Notes: generated by a model from the sequence alone, not told the origin. 64,000 bases of DNA from an uncultured Dehalococcoidia bacterium (GCA_964453665.1 CAYVQT010000004.1:4142-68141), one strand, 5' to 3'. Positions 40,694 through 50,026 are shown, counted from the first letter of the stretch. A program made the numbers and translations.

Positions 40694-41286
40694 TCTTCTT
40701 CCTTATGCGCTTTCCTTGTCTGTTGCCATACATATAACAATCGCTGCCACGCAACCAGATTGGAGAGCACTGCTATTACCCACAATATAACCAGCATTTG
40801 GTCAGAGAAAAGGCCTATTGCCAATAAGATAACCCTCTCGGGACGGGTGAATAGTCCCACCTCGCACTTAAGTCCCAGTCCTTCAGCCCTTGCTCTCACA
40901 TAGCTGGTCATCATCGAGCCCACCAGCGCCGCGCCGACCAGCACTACCTCCTGAAATGAGCTTTGCTCGGCGTAAAAGGCCAATAAGCCCAAAAACAGAG
41001 CCGCCTCGGAGAGTCTGTCGAACGTTGAATCGAGTACAGCTCCAAATCGAGTACCCCCCCCGCTAATTCTAGCAACCGCTCCGTCAAGCATATCGAAAGC
41101 TCCGGAGACCAATACCAGGAAACCACCTAAAAAAAAGTGGCCCGTGTATAACACCCAGGCCGTAACAAGCGCTATTAATAAGCCAACAGCAGTTATAATA
41201 TTTGGACTTATCCCCGTTTTTGCAACCAGCTCCGCTGGTATTTTATTGACACTCTGTGCCAAGGTGCGTCGAGCCTTGTTGAGCAC
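40690..41286 (-). CDS. CDP-alcohol phosphatidyltransferase family protein (candidate phosphatidylinositol-phosphate synthase)
   Basis: D-G-x2-A-R...G...D-x3-D motif seen as DMLDGAVARISGGGTRFGAVLDSTFDRLSE. 198 aa polytopic protein. GTG start after GGAG. The specific substrate is inferred from its neighbours. Confidence 0.8.
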   Translation of the reverse strand: MLNKARRTLAQSVNKIPAELVAKTGISPNIITAVGLLIALVTAWVLYTGHFFLGGFLVLVSGAFDMLDGAVARISGGGTRFGAVLDSTFDRLSEAALFLGLLAFYAEQSSFQEVVLVGAALVGSMMTSYVRARAEGLGLKCEVGLFTRPERVILLAIGLFSDQMLVILWVIAVLSNLVAWQRLLYVWQQTRKAHKEED

Positions 41287-42442
41287 AGGTCATCTCCTCA
41301 CTTACCTTACCGGGGTAGCCCTGTAACAAATCTTTGTAATATGACATCACCTGCTCAGCTACGGTCTCCCAGTTGTAGTCCCTGGCCTCCAACTCAGCCA
41401 TGTTACCCATACTCTCACGCAGGTGACTGTCCTGAAGTAACTGAAGGAGAGAGTCGGCAAGAGCTTTCTCATCCCTGGGGCGAACTAACAGTCCATTAAC
41501 TCCGTGGTCTACAACAGCGGCATAACCTGCGATATCCGAGGCAACAGTTGGCGTACCAACAGCCATCGCCTCCAGTAAAACTATGCCAAAGCTCTCTTTG
41601 TCCGTAGCTGGGGAACAGAATATGTCAGCGCTTTTATAATAGCGAGGCAAATCCTCATAAGATACATAACCAGCGAAGATAATATCCTTCAGCTTGCGCT
41701 TCTCTGCTATTCTCCGGTATTTCTGCCAGGAGCGGCCCTCAGGGCCCACCACGATAAGCCGGCATTCAGAGAATTCCCTCTTCACTCTTTCATAGGCACC
41801 GAGTAAATATTTGAAACCTTTCCTTTTCTCCATCCGTCCCACAAACAATATGTTTAACTTGCCATCGCAGTACTGCGGAAAAGGAGTCACGCCAGTTGTA
41901 AAGTGCCTGAGGTCTATACCATTGGGAATTATCTTGTAATCGGCAGGGAAATACCTTCTAACAAACTCTAGTGCAGCTTTAGATACAGCTATTCTGCCAT
42001 CTAGTTTATCGAACCATCTGTTAAGGCATATCGGTTTCCAGAATGGATAGCCCCAGCTACGGTTCCGACTGGCATGGAAAGTTCCCACTGTGAGTTCCTG
42101 CGATGCATGGTGCAATACGGCGGTGGCTAGCGTTGGCATCAATGGCTCATGTATATGGATGACATCGAACCTCTCTTGTCTGAGCATATCCTTAATGCGG
42201 CTTGAGAAAACCAATCTCGGCGATACCGGACTCCTTACAACCGAGCCACTGGCACGAATTGGTATTGGCCGGCCAAAGAACATAATATCTCCATTTTTCT
42301 GCGTATCACTGGGTTTAGATGAAGGAGCAATAATCTTTACCTGGTGTCCCATTCGGGTAAAATTCTCATAGAGACGTGAAATATGAATATTCACCCCGCC
42401 GGGGTATGCGTAATCGTAAGGTGAAACCAGAGCTATCTTCAT
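41243..42442 (-). CDS. GT4-family glycosyltransferase (PimA/MshA-like)
   Basis: MKIALVSPYDYAYPGGV start, C-terminal E-x7-E region SFGIVLLEAMAVGTPTVASDIAG. 399 aa. Confidence 0.85.
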   Translation of the reverse strand: MKIALVSPYDYAYPGGVNIHISRLYENFTRMGHQVKIIAPSSKPSDTQKNGDIMFFGRPIPIRASGSVVRSPVSPRLVFSSRIKDMLRQERFDVIHIHEPLMPTLATAVLHHASQELTVGTFHASRNRSWGYPFWKPICLNRWFDKLDGRIAVSKAALEFVRRYFPADYKIIPNGIDLRHFTTGVTPFPQYCDGKLNILFVGRMEKRKGFKYLLGAYERVKREFSECRLIVVGPEGRSWQKYRRIAEKRKLKDIIFAGYVSYEDLPRYYKSADIFCSPATDKESFGIVLLEAMAVGTPTVASDIAGYAAVVDHGVNGLLVRPRDEKALADSLLQLLQDSHLRESMGNMAELEARDYNWETVAEQVMSYYKDLLQGYPGKVSEEMTCAQQGSTHLGTECQ

Positions 42443-42448
42443 AGTTAT

Positions 42449-43579
42449 TTATTTTCGCTTCCGCCGTTTTACCGCTTTGCTTCCGTCAGATGGTGAATTT
42501 TTTCTAGTGGGACGCCCTGCAATGAAATCCTCAGTCAAATTTCTAGCTTCATCATCTGTATATTGGACCGGGGGTGATTTCATAAAGTAGGCAGATGGAC
42601 TTACCAGTGCTCCAGCCATGCCTCTGTCCATAGCCAGTTTGCAACACCTTATCGCGTCGATCACTACTCCCGCTGAGTTAGGGCTGTCCCACACCTCCAT
42701 CTTAAGTTCCACATTCAGCGGCACATCACCAAATGTGCGCCCTTCCATCCGTAGATAGCACCATTTACGGTCTTCCAGCCAGGGCACATGGTCACTGGGG
42801 CCTACATGGATATTACCCTCCCCCAGGTCGTAATCCAACTGAGAAGTTACAGACGTGGTCTTTGATATTTTCTTCGACTCTAATCTCTCCCGCTCGAGCA
42901 TGTTGAGGAAATCCGTGTTGCCGCCAAAGTTCAACTGGTATGTCCTCTCCAGCCTAACACCACGGTCACGGAAAAGCCTGGTGAGTACGCGATGTGTGAT
43001 AGTTGCACCTACCTGAGACTTGATATCATCACCTATGACCGGCAAACCCGCGGCCTCGAATCTGCTTTGCCAGTATTTCTCACGGGCTATAAACACCGGG
43101 ATGCAATTTATAAAGGCACAACCGGCAGTAAGTACCTGCTCCACATACCACTTGGTTGCTTCTTCACTACCCACAGGTAGATAGTTAATTACTACGTGGG
43201 TCTCCCTTTCTTTAAGTATCTTGACTATATCTGCGGTCGAACCCGGCGCTTTTGTAACAACCTGAGAGAGGTATTTCCCCAGACCGTCGTGAGTCATACC
43301 TCTATCAACCGTTACGCCAGTTAAAGGAGTCTCACAGAACTTGATTGTATTGTTCGGGTGGGTCGATATAGCTTCTGCTATATCCTTGCCTACTTTGTTG
43401 CGGTCTATGTCAAAGGCAGCCACAAAGTTAATATCACTTATGTGATAGCCGCCTAAATTAACGTGCATAAGCCCGGGCACGAAATCATCTTCAGATGCGT
43501 CTTGATAGTAATAAACCCCCTGAACTAGTGACGAAGCACAATTCCCAACCCCGACTATAGCCACATTTATCTTACCCAA
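42449..43579 (-). CDS. ino1: myo-Inositol-1-phosphate synthase (inositol-3-phosphate synthase)
   Basis: [22 protein letters not shown] fold, conserved core ([20 protein letters not shown]), 376 aa. Ends in a basic tail KAVKRRKRK. Confidence 0.88.
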   Translation of the reverse strand: MGKINVAIVGVGNCASSLVQGVYYYQDASEDDFVPGLMHVNLGGYHISDINFVAAFDIDRNKVGKDIAEAISTHPNNTIKFCETPLTGVTVDRGMTHDGLGKYLSQVVTKAPGSTADIVKILKERETHVVINYLPVGSEEATKWYVEQVLTAGCAFINCIPVFIAREKYWQSRFEAAGLPVIGDDIKSQVGATITHRVLTRLFRDRGVRLERTYQLNFGGNTDFLNMLERERLESKKISKTTSVTSQLDYDLGEGNIHVGPSDHVPWLEDRKWCYLRMEGRTFGDVPLNVELKMEVWDSPNSAGVVIDAIRCCKLAMDRGMAGALVSPSAYFMKSPPVQYTDDEARNLTEDFIAGRPTRKNSPSDGSKAVKRRKRK

Positions 43580-43598
43580 TTTACAGCACTCCTTTCCT

Positions 43599-43629
43599 TT
43601 GACATTAAGGCGTTAAATTTGCCTAATAT
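43599..43629 (+). promoter_or_regulatory. Putative sigma-70 promoter of the PHP-domain gene
   Basis: TTGACA, 18-19-nt spacer, (C)TAATAT. It encloses the TTG at 43619 that the ORF track uses as the start. Confidence 0.35.
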
Positions 43630-43660
43630 AGAATCTTCTGCTATTCTCGATACTGTAAAG

Positions 43661-44323
43661 ATGGTTTACGATTTCCATACCCATACTTGTATAAGCGACG
43701 GCGCCCTCTCGCCACTAGAACTAGTACGAAGGGCGCTCGTTAATAATTACCGCGCAATTGCAATCACTGACCATGTCGGTACCGGATATCTAGAACGGCT
43801 TATTACCGAGATTGCCGCAGATTGTGTCCTGGCAGAACAGCATTGGGACATAGACGCTATCCCCGGTGTCGAACTTACCCACCTCCCGGCAGCAGCGATC
43901 GCAGAAACTGCAAAAAAAGCCAAGCAAATCGGTGCTAAAATTGTGGTGGTTCACGGTGAAACCACTGCAGAACCCGTTGAACAGGGTACAAACCTGGCTG
44001 CGGTAAAGTCACCATACGTTGATATCTTAGCACATCCTGGATTAATAACTCTCGAAGAAGCCCAACTCGCAGCTGCCAATGATATCTACCTCGAAATCAC
44101 TGCACGGCGCCTCCACTCATCGACTAATCAACACGTGGCCCAGGTTGCTCGCCTTGCTGGAGCAAAACTCCTTATTAACTCAGACGCTCACACCGAACTA
44201 GACCTTCTTACCCCCGAGCTAGCCAACTCCATCGCTACTGCTGCCGCACTAACTCAAAACGAAATTGCTGATGTTCTACACAATAATCCTTTGAACCTCA
44301 TTAGTAAGCTGCTCGCGAGATAA
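43661..44323 (+). CDS. PHP-domain (histidinol-phosphatase-like) metal-dependent phosphoesterase
   Basis: MVYDFHTHTCISDG start (the H-x-H PHP motif), later AITDH, VVHGE and NSDAH metal-ligand motifs. ATG at 43661 chosen. Confidence 0.8.
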   Translation: MVYDFHTHTCISDGALSPLELVRRALVNNYRAIAITDHVGTGYLERLITEIAADCVLAEQHWDIDAIPGVELTHLPAAAIAETAKKAKQIGAKIVVVHGETTAEPVEQGTNLAAVKSPYVDILAHPGLITLEEAQLAAANDIYLEITARRLHSSTNQHVAQVARLAGAKLLINSDAHTELDLLTPELANSIATAAALTQNEIADVLHNNPLNLISKLLAR

Positions 44324-44348
44324 GCTTCTTTGGATCTTTAATCAGAAA

Positions 44349-44489
44349 TTATCCTTTGCCGATCCTAAATACCGTAGTCCCACACTTTCCACATTTCCCC
44401 TTGGTTGCGGGCTTACCATTCTTCAGTGTGACATTCGCCGCGTTCTGGATATCAACCTTTTTTCTGCACTTAAAGCAATACGCCTGCAC
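44349..44489 (-). CDS. DUF5679-like mini zinc-ribbon protein (46 aa), absent from the ORF track
   Basis: GTG start after AGAGGGGGTG. Product MQAYCFKCRKKVDIQNAANVTLKNGKPATKGKCGKCGTTVFRIGKG, with CxxC...CxxC and an FRIGK ending. Confidence 0.72.
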   Translation of the reverse strand: MQAYCFKCRKKVDIQNAANVTLKNGKPATKGKCGKCGTTVFRIGKG

Positions 44490-44549
44490 TCTTTCACCCC
44501 CTCTCTGGTTTGGTAAGAATATACACACCTGCGATAGGAAATGTCAAGT

Positions 44550-45452
44550 TTAGGCATGTGCATTCATAATAACTTTCTTCGGCTTCCAGTACTCATCCTC
44601 CTTGCCGCGCGAAAGGACAGCGATAAAGCGTCCATTACTAGAATAAACTCTGCATTGCCCCTCATATGGGCAGCCTTGTACATCTAATATGAGCGGGCGT
44701 CCGTTAATTATTGACAACTCATCCTCATCTCCAACTGTCACAGCCGGTAAATGTTTAACAGCGATATCGATTGAATGTATGAAATCATGCCAGCGATTGT
44801 CCCGAAAGGCACTTTCGACCTCGTTAATTTTTATCGCGTCTTTAACATGAAAAGGCCCGCTACTTATGCGGACCAGATCCTTAAGATGAGCGCCACATCC
44901 CAGTTTTTCCCCTAAATCATGTGCCAGCGACCGTATATAAGCCCCCTTCCCACTCTCTACCTCTAACTTGAGCACAGGCGGACGCCATTCCAACACATCT
45001 ATGCGGTAGAACTCCACCTTTCTGGTTTTTCTAGGAAGTTCAATCCCGGCTCTGGCCCAGCGGTACAGCGGCACACCTTTATGCTTGATAGCACTGTACA
45101 TAGGAGGAATCTGCTCTATTTGACCTTTAAAAGAGGATGTTGCGGTCTCTAAATCTTGTCTGTTCAGCTCTGAAGTATCGCCTGTCCTAACAATCTTTCC
45201 AGCGGCATCATAGGTATCTGTTGATACTCCCAGTTCGATCTCAGCCTGGTAAACCTTCCTGGTATTGAACAAGAATTCTACCAGCCTTGTACCTTGTCCA
45301 AGACAAATCGGCAGAACGCCAGTAGCTTCAGGGTCCAGGGTCCCACCATGCCCCACCCTCCGCTCTCCGCTTACCCTCCTGACGAGGGCCACAACCTCAA
45401 ATGACGTTCTTCCCTTTGGCTTATCCAGATTCAGGATCCCGTCAATTGCCAC
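44550..45452 (-). CDS. truB: tRNA pseudouridine(55) synthase
   Basis: GILNLDKPKGRTSFEVV, catalytic Asp in GHGGTLDPEATGVLP, C-terminal PUA-like region. Confidence 0.95.
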   Translation of the reverse strand: MAIDGILNLDKPKGRTSFEVVALVRRVSGERRVGHGGTLDPEATGVLPICLGQGTRLVEFLFNTRKVYQAEIELGVSTDTYDAAGKIVRTGDTSELNRQDLETATSSFKGQIEQIPPMYSAIKHKGVPLYRWARAGIELPRKTRKVEFYRIDVLEWRPPVLKLEVESGKGAYIRSLAHDLGEKLGCGAHLKDLVRISSGPFHVKDAIKINEVESAFRDNRWHDFIHSIDIAVKHLPAVTVGDEDELSIINGRPLILDVQGCPYEGQCRVYSSNGRFIAVLSRGKEDEYWKPKKVIMNAHA

Positions 45453-45454
45453 CT

Positions 45455-45823
45455 CTAGTCCACTTCACCAGGACTGTCATCTGGAGCCACCTCATTAATC
45501 AATTCAAGTAAGCGACTCCCTCGCTCGATAGATTCATCTCTTAGGAAGGTTAACTCCGGTGTATAGCGTATTGTTAGACGTTCGCCCAATCCTCGACGCA
45601 AGAAACCGGAGGCAGCAGCGAGCCCTTCTTCCACCTGCCTCTTCTCTTCTTCAGAACCCATAACGCTCACAAATACCTTGGCATACCTTAGATCGGGAGA
45701 AGTATCCACCTCCGTTACGCTCAATAAGCCACTTAGCCTGGGATCCCTTATCTCACGCATCAGCAGCCCACTTATTTCCCTGCGTATAACATCGTTTACC
45801 CTAGCTATGCGCCGTGTACTCAT
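45455..45823 (-). CDS. rbfA: Ribosome-binding factor A
   Basis: 122 aa, RIARVNDVIRREIS ... VTEVDTSPDLRYAKVFVS pattern. Located between infB and truB. Confidence 0.94.
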   Translation of the reverse strand: MSTRRIARVNDVIRREISGLLMREIRDPRLSGLLSVTEVDTSPDLRYAKVFVSVMGSEEEKRQVEEGLAAASGFLRRGLGERLTIRYTPELTFLRDESIERGSRLLELINEVAPDDSPGEVD

Positions 45824-45845
45824 TTAAGCCCCAGCCATCTGGCTT

Positions 45846-47675
45846 TCAGCCCTTTTTCTCTTTTCTATAGGACTCTATAACATCGCCAACCTCGCATGAT
45901 GCTAGGCCCTCGATGCCTATTCCGCACTCAAATCCGGCTGTCATTTCACGAACGTTTTCTTTGAAGTGCTTCAAGCTGGAAATGGATGACTCATGAATAA
46001 CTTCGCCACCACGAATAACTCTGGCCATTGCACCACGACTTAACTTCCCGTCAGTTATATATGCACCGGCTATCTTCCCCTTCCTAACGTTGAAAATAGC
46101 CCTCACCTCAGCATGGCCCTCAATAACATCCACGTATGTCGGTTCCAGCAGACCCGTCATTGCCTTCTCAATATCCTCAACCAGCTTGTATATCACGTCA
46201 TAGCAACGAATATCAACGTCCTCCTGGTCAGCCAGTAGTTTTGCCCCTGGTTCCGGACGGGTATTAAACCCAATAATTATCCCCTTAGAGGCAACAGCTA
46301 GCATGACATCGTTCTCGGTGATATTACCGCTGCCCGAATGGACGAGCCTCACTTTGACCTTATCGCTTCCCAGTCGTTCCAGAGAACTTTTTATAGGTTC
46401 CAGACTTCCCTGGACATCAGTTTTCAGCACGATATCCAGCTCTTTTACCTGCCCTTCCTGAATCTGAGCGAAGAGATTGCTTAATCTAGGAGCCTGTGAT
46501 TCTCCTATTCTATCCCTCTCAGTCTGGCGTCGTTGTGCCTCGACCCGTGCTTCTCTCTCGCTGCCGAACACGGTTAAAAGATCGCCTGCTTGTGCAACAC
46601 TGTTCAGACCTAATATCTCAACAGGCATAGAAGGCCCCGCCTTCCTCACCCGCCTGCCATTGTCATCGAACATCGCCTTAATCCTTCCCCACGTACCACC
46701 CACCACTACATTATTACCTATGCTTAATGTCCCGGTTTGTACTAACACGGTAGCCAGAGAGCCCCTGCTGCTATCCAGGCTTGCTTCAATAATCACTCCT
46801 ATTGCCGGCCGTGCGGGATTAGCCTTGAGCTCTTGAACCTCAGCTACAATAAGCAAATTATCCAGAAGATCAGATATAGCATCTCCCCGTTTTGCCGAGA
46901 CTGGAACACAGACAATATCACCACCCCACTCCTCGATAAGAAGGTTGTTATCAGCAAGCTGCTGCTTTACACGGTCCACATTAGCATCCGGCTTATCGAT
47001 CTTGTTAATAGCTACCACTATAGGCACATCCGCTGCACGCGCGTGGTCAATAGCTTCCACCGTTTGTGGCATAACACCGTCATCAGCTGCGACAACCAGT
47101 ATTGCAATATCAGTAACTTTCGCTCCGCGAGCACGCATCGCTGTAAAAGCCTCGTGGCCAGGAGTATCAATGAAGGTAATTTTCTGACCATGGACTTCGA
47201 CCTGATAGGCACCGATGTGTTGGGTGATGCTTCCAGCTTCTGTATCCATAACGTTAGTTTGTCGTATTGTATCAAGTAGTTTAGTTTTACCATGGTCAAC
47301 GTGTCCCATAATAGTTACTACGGGAGGACGCGGTTTCTGAGCTTTTTTATCCTCTTTTATATCGTACTTCTCAACGTCTCCTTCAGCAGACTGCGCTTCC
47401 TCTTTAACTTCATAGCCAAGCTCGGTTGCCACAGCCGCCGCGCTATCGAAGTCGATAACCTGGTTGATGTTAGCCATGATGCCGTTTCGCATCAAATGCT
47501 TGATCACCTCAATGCCGCTAATACCTAGAATATCCGCCAACTGCTTAACCGTTAGCGCACGTGAAATCACTACACATGGCCTTGTTTCTGACTTGCCAGC
47601 TGCAGATGCCTCGGCCCGCGCATCGTCCTTTCTGCCCCTTACCTTACCTCGGCTGACTCTCTGGCTCATCCACAA
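45846..47675 (-). CDS. infB: Translation initiation factor IF-2
   Basis: G domain [29 protein letters not shown]. 609 aa with a short N-terminal region. Confidence 0.97.
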   Translation of the reverse strand: MWMSQRVSRGKVRGRKDDARAEASAAGKSETRPCVVISRALTVKQLADILGISGIEVIKHLMRNGIMANINQVIDFDSAAAVATELGYEVKEEAQSAEGDVEKYDIKEDKKAQKPRPPVVTIMGHVDHGKTKLLDTIRQTNVMDTEAGSITQHIGAYQVEVHGQKITFIDTPGHEAFTAMRARGAKVTDIAILVVAADDGVMPQTVEAIDHARAADVPIVVAINKIDKPDANVDRVKQQLADNNLLIEEWGGDIVCVPVSAKRGDAISDLLDNLLIVAEVQELKANPARPAIGVIIEASLDSSRGSLATVLVQTGTLSIGNNVVVGGTWGRIKAMFDDNGRRVRKAGPSMPVEILGLNSVAQAGDLLTVFGSEREARVEAQRRQTERDRIGESQAPRLSNLFAQIQEGQVKELDIVLKTDVQGSLEPIKSSLERLGSDKVKVRLVHSGSGNITENDVMLAVASKGIIIGFNTRPEPGAKLLADQEDVDIRCYDVIYKLVEDIEKAMTGLLEPTYVDVIEGHAEVRAIFNVRKGKIAGAYITDGKLSRGAMARVIRGGEVIHESSISSLKHFKENVREMTAGFECGIGIEGLASCEVGDVIESYRKEKKG

Positions 47676-47711
47676 ACTCCTAGCCTACAGACTTCAGGTA
47701 TATAATTCATT

Positions 47712-48011
47712 TCATTCAGTATTTAAAGGCAGAGTCTTGCTGTACGCTATAAGGTTCGCACGCTGCTCCCCGCTGATCTCAGATTTTAAAGCATGTTCAA
47801 GCTTTTTCCTTTTCAATCCGATCTCCCAGCATTCTTGCATTTTACAAATATAGGCGCCCCTTCCCGCTTTCTTTCCTCTCAGGTCAATCTCCAGGTCTCC
47901 CGGAAAGGTGCGTACAATCCTTATCAGCTCCCATTTTGGCCTTTTTTCCCCACAAGCTATGCATGTACGCTCAGGTATATGCTTAATACGCCTCTGTGAT
48001 ATTGCAACCAA
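47712..48011 (-). CDS. ylxR: YlxR/RnpM (DUF448) RNA-binding protein
   Basis: 99 aa, PERTCIACGEKRPKWELIRIV ... GRGAYIC motif. Located between nusA and infB. Confidence 0.92.
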   Translation of the reverse strand: MVAISQRRIKHIPERTCIACGEKRPKWELIRIVRTFPGDLEIDLRGKKAGRGAYICKMQECWEIGLKRKKLEHALKSEISGEQRANLIAYSKTLPLNTE

Positions 48012-48018
48012 TTAAATT

Positions 48019-49710
48019 CTACTCCTCCGATAAATCATCGTACTCACTGCCTGTTTCCACCACACTTATCTTTCGCCCTTTCCTCGTCCTTCTATCCTCC
48101 AACTTCTCTTCGCGACTAGACTTCTTCTTTTTCCTGCCTTTCTTACCCCCTTCAATTGCGCTTACAGTGGTCTTGGCACCAAAAATGTCCTCCGCAAAGC
48201 GAATCTGAGGTTTTTCTGGCACTATTTCTTCAGTTGGAGCTTCATAAGGGACTAACTCTACCTCTTCTTCTAATTCCTTAGTCGTCTCCAGTATTTCCTC
48301 AACACCTATCTCTATCTCAAATCCCGGTAATACCGGCACTTCCTCCAATGGCCCGGGACGCTTCTTAAGACCCTCAAGTCGTTTTTTTACTTCATCTAAA
48401 GATTTCTTACCAAATCCCTTCAGCTCAAGCAATTCCTTATCGCTCTTTTCAACAATCTCTCCCAGCTTAGTTATGCCACTTCCGATCAGCAAGTTAAAGG
48501 TACGTGCTGATATACCAACCTGTTCTAACGGCATTTCATACAACTCCGGTGGTATTGCAACAAGCAGCTCCTTAGCCCTTTCCCCTGCCGTAATCGCTTC
48601 CTCAGCCAGAACAGCCTCTGCAGATACCTCCGGTGCTACTTCAACCTCTTTTCTTACTACCTCTTCCTTCTCCGCCTCCGCAGCACTCAAACTCTTTATG
48701 TCAATTCTCCAGCCGCTTATCCTCGCTGCGAGTCTAGCATTCTGGCCCTCTTTACCTATTGCCAGGGAAAGCTGATTATCTGGCACAATAACTACAGCGG
48801 TGTTTTCGTCCTGATTAATATCCACGCTAACCACCTGCGCCGGGCTCAGTGCATTAGCTATGAATACCTTAGGATCATCACTCCACTCGATAACATCTAT
48901 GCGTTCACCGTTGAGTTCATTAACCACGTTCTGTATGCGCACGCCCCTCAGACCAACGCAGGATCCCACGGGGTCTAACCCCTCCTGCATCGCTGCAACC
49001 GCTACTTTACTGCGATATCCGGCCTCCCTGGCAACCGCCTTGAGTTCTACATTCCCGTTAAAAATTTCAGGGACTTCCAATTCGAACAGGCGACGCACTA
49101 AATTGGGGTGCGTTCGCGACATTATCAGCCTTGGTCCTCTGTTTGTTCGATTAACCTCCAGCAGGAACAATTTAAGCCTTTGTCCTACACGATAGCGCTC
49201 ATTCCTTACCTGCTCGCTGCCCGGAAGTATACCCTCAGTTTTACCCAGATCGATGACAACCTGCCTCGGCTCTATTCGCTGTACCGCCCCGCTGATAATA
49301 TCCCCTTCACGGTCGGCATACTCACCGAATATAAACTCGCGTTCTGCCTCTCTAAGACGTTGTAACACAACCTGCTTGGCAGTTTGCGCCGCAATTCTCC
49401 CTGAATGGAACTCTGCGGTCTCAAGAGTAATCAAATCGTCTAACTGCGCATCTTTCTTAAACTTTTGAGCTTCCTTCAGTGATATCTCCTGGTAGGTGTC
49501 GGCTGGTTCTTCTACAACTACCTTTGTAGTGTAAACCTTAACATCACCGCTAGCCGGGTGTATCTTTACTGAGATATTCTGGCGTGCTCCGATCTCATCC
49601 TTCTTAAAAGCAGTGGCCAGCGCCGCTTCAACCGCTGAGAAGACCACATCTTTGGGCAAATTCCTCTCAGCAGCCAGCTGCGTAATGGCAAGTAGAAAAT
49701 CAGTTTTCAT
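48019..49710 (-). CDS. nusA: Transcription termination/antitermination factor NusA with a long charged C-terminal extension
   Basis: ATG at 49710 after GGAGG. Product starts MKTDFLLAITQLAAERNLPKDVV and contains S1 and two KH regions (GVRIQNVVNELNGERIDVI), HhH-like repeats, then a K/E-rich tail (KKGRKKKKSSREEK). Confidence 0.95.
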   Translation of the reverse strand: MKTDFLLAITQLAAERNLPKDVVFSAVEAALATAFKKDEIGARQNISVKIHPASGDVKVYTTKVVVEEPADTYQEISLKEAQKFKKDAQLDDLITLETAEFHSGRIAAQTAKQVVLQRLREAEREFIFGEYADREGDIISGAVQRIEPRQVVIDLGKTEGILPGSEQVRNERYRVGQRLKLFLLEVNRTNRGPRLIMSRTHPNLVRRLFELEVPEIFNGNVELKAVAREAGYRSKVAVAAMQEGLDPVGSCVGLRGVRIQNVVNELNGERIDVIEWSDDPKVFIANALSPAQVVSVDINQDENTAVVIVPDNQLSLAIGKEGQNARLAARISGWRIDIKSLSAAEAEKEEVVRKEVEVAPEVSAEAVLAEEAITAGERAKELLVAIPPELYEMPLEQVGISARTFNLLIGSGITKLGEIVEKSDKELLELKGFGKKSLDEVKKRLEGLKKRPGPLEEVPVLPGFEIEIGVEEILETTKELEEEVELVPYEAPTEEIVPEKPQIRFAEDIFGAKTTVSAIEGGKKGRKKKKSSREEKLEDRRTRKGRKISVVETGSEYDDLSEE

Positions 49711-49752
49711 CTTGCCCCGCCTCCTTTTCGAACACCGCTTTCCTCCGACCAA

Positions 49753-49777
49753 CAAAAAAGTGGGTGAAACCCACTTT
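49753..49777 (-). terminator. Intrinsic terminator / attenuator in the nusA leader
   Basis: On the minus strand: AAAGUGGGU-UUC-ACCCACUUU followed by UUUUG, about 40 nt upstream of the nusA ATG and about 18 nt downstream of the predicted transcription start. Confidence 0.6.
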
Positions 49778-49798
49778 GCTCCGAATCCTTATTTGCGC

Positions 49799-49827
49799 AG
49801 TATAGCACTTTTTTGGCTTTAATGCAA
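49799..49827 (-). promoter_or_regulatory. Putative sigma-70 promoter of the nusA operon
   Basis: Minus strand: TTGCAT, 17-nt spacer ending in TGC (extended -10), then TATACT. Confidence 0.55.
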
Positions 49828-50026
49828 CCCCCTTCACTCGCCCATCACAATCGCATCCGAAGCCAAAAAATTATAACTCTGTCCCGTACCGTAATTTTAC
49901 ATTCTTTACACCTGACTCATTATTGGCTCTACACTCGACCTAAATCAAATAGCAAATGAATAATGTGAGCAATGCCTTTCTTCAATAACTACACGTTAAC
50001 CGAAGTAGTCTATGAACCGTACTTTT

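Noticed and set aside
43619-43660. TTG start of the PHP-domain ORF.
   Set aside because: The TTG lies between the -35 and -10 hexamers of the best promoter candidate. PHP proteins normally begin a few residues before the HxH motif, which ATG 43661 provides.
44356-44553. 65-aa plus-strand track ORF.
   Set aside because: It has no RBS and an odd composition. The opposite strand encodes a clean CxxC...CxxC DUF5679-like mini-protein with a strong RBS.
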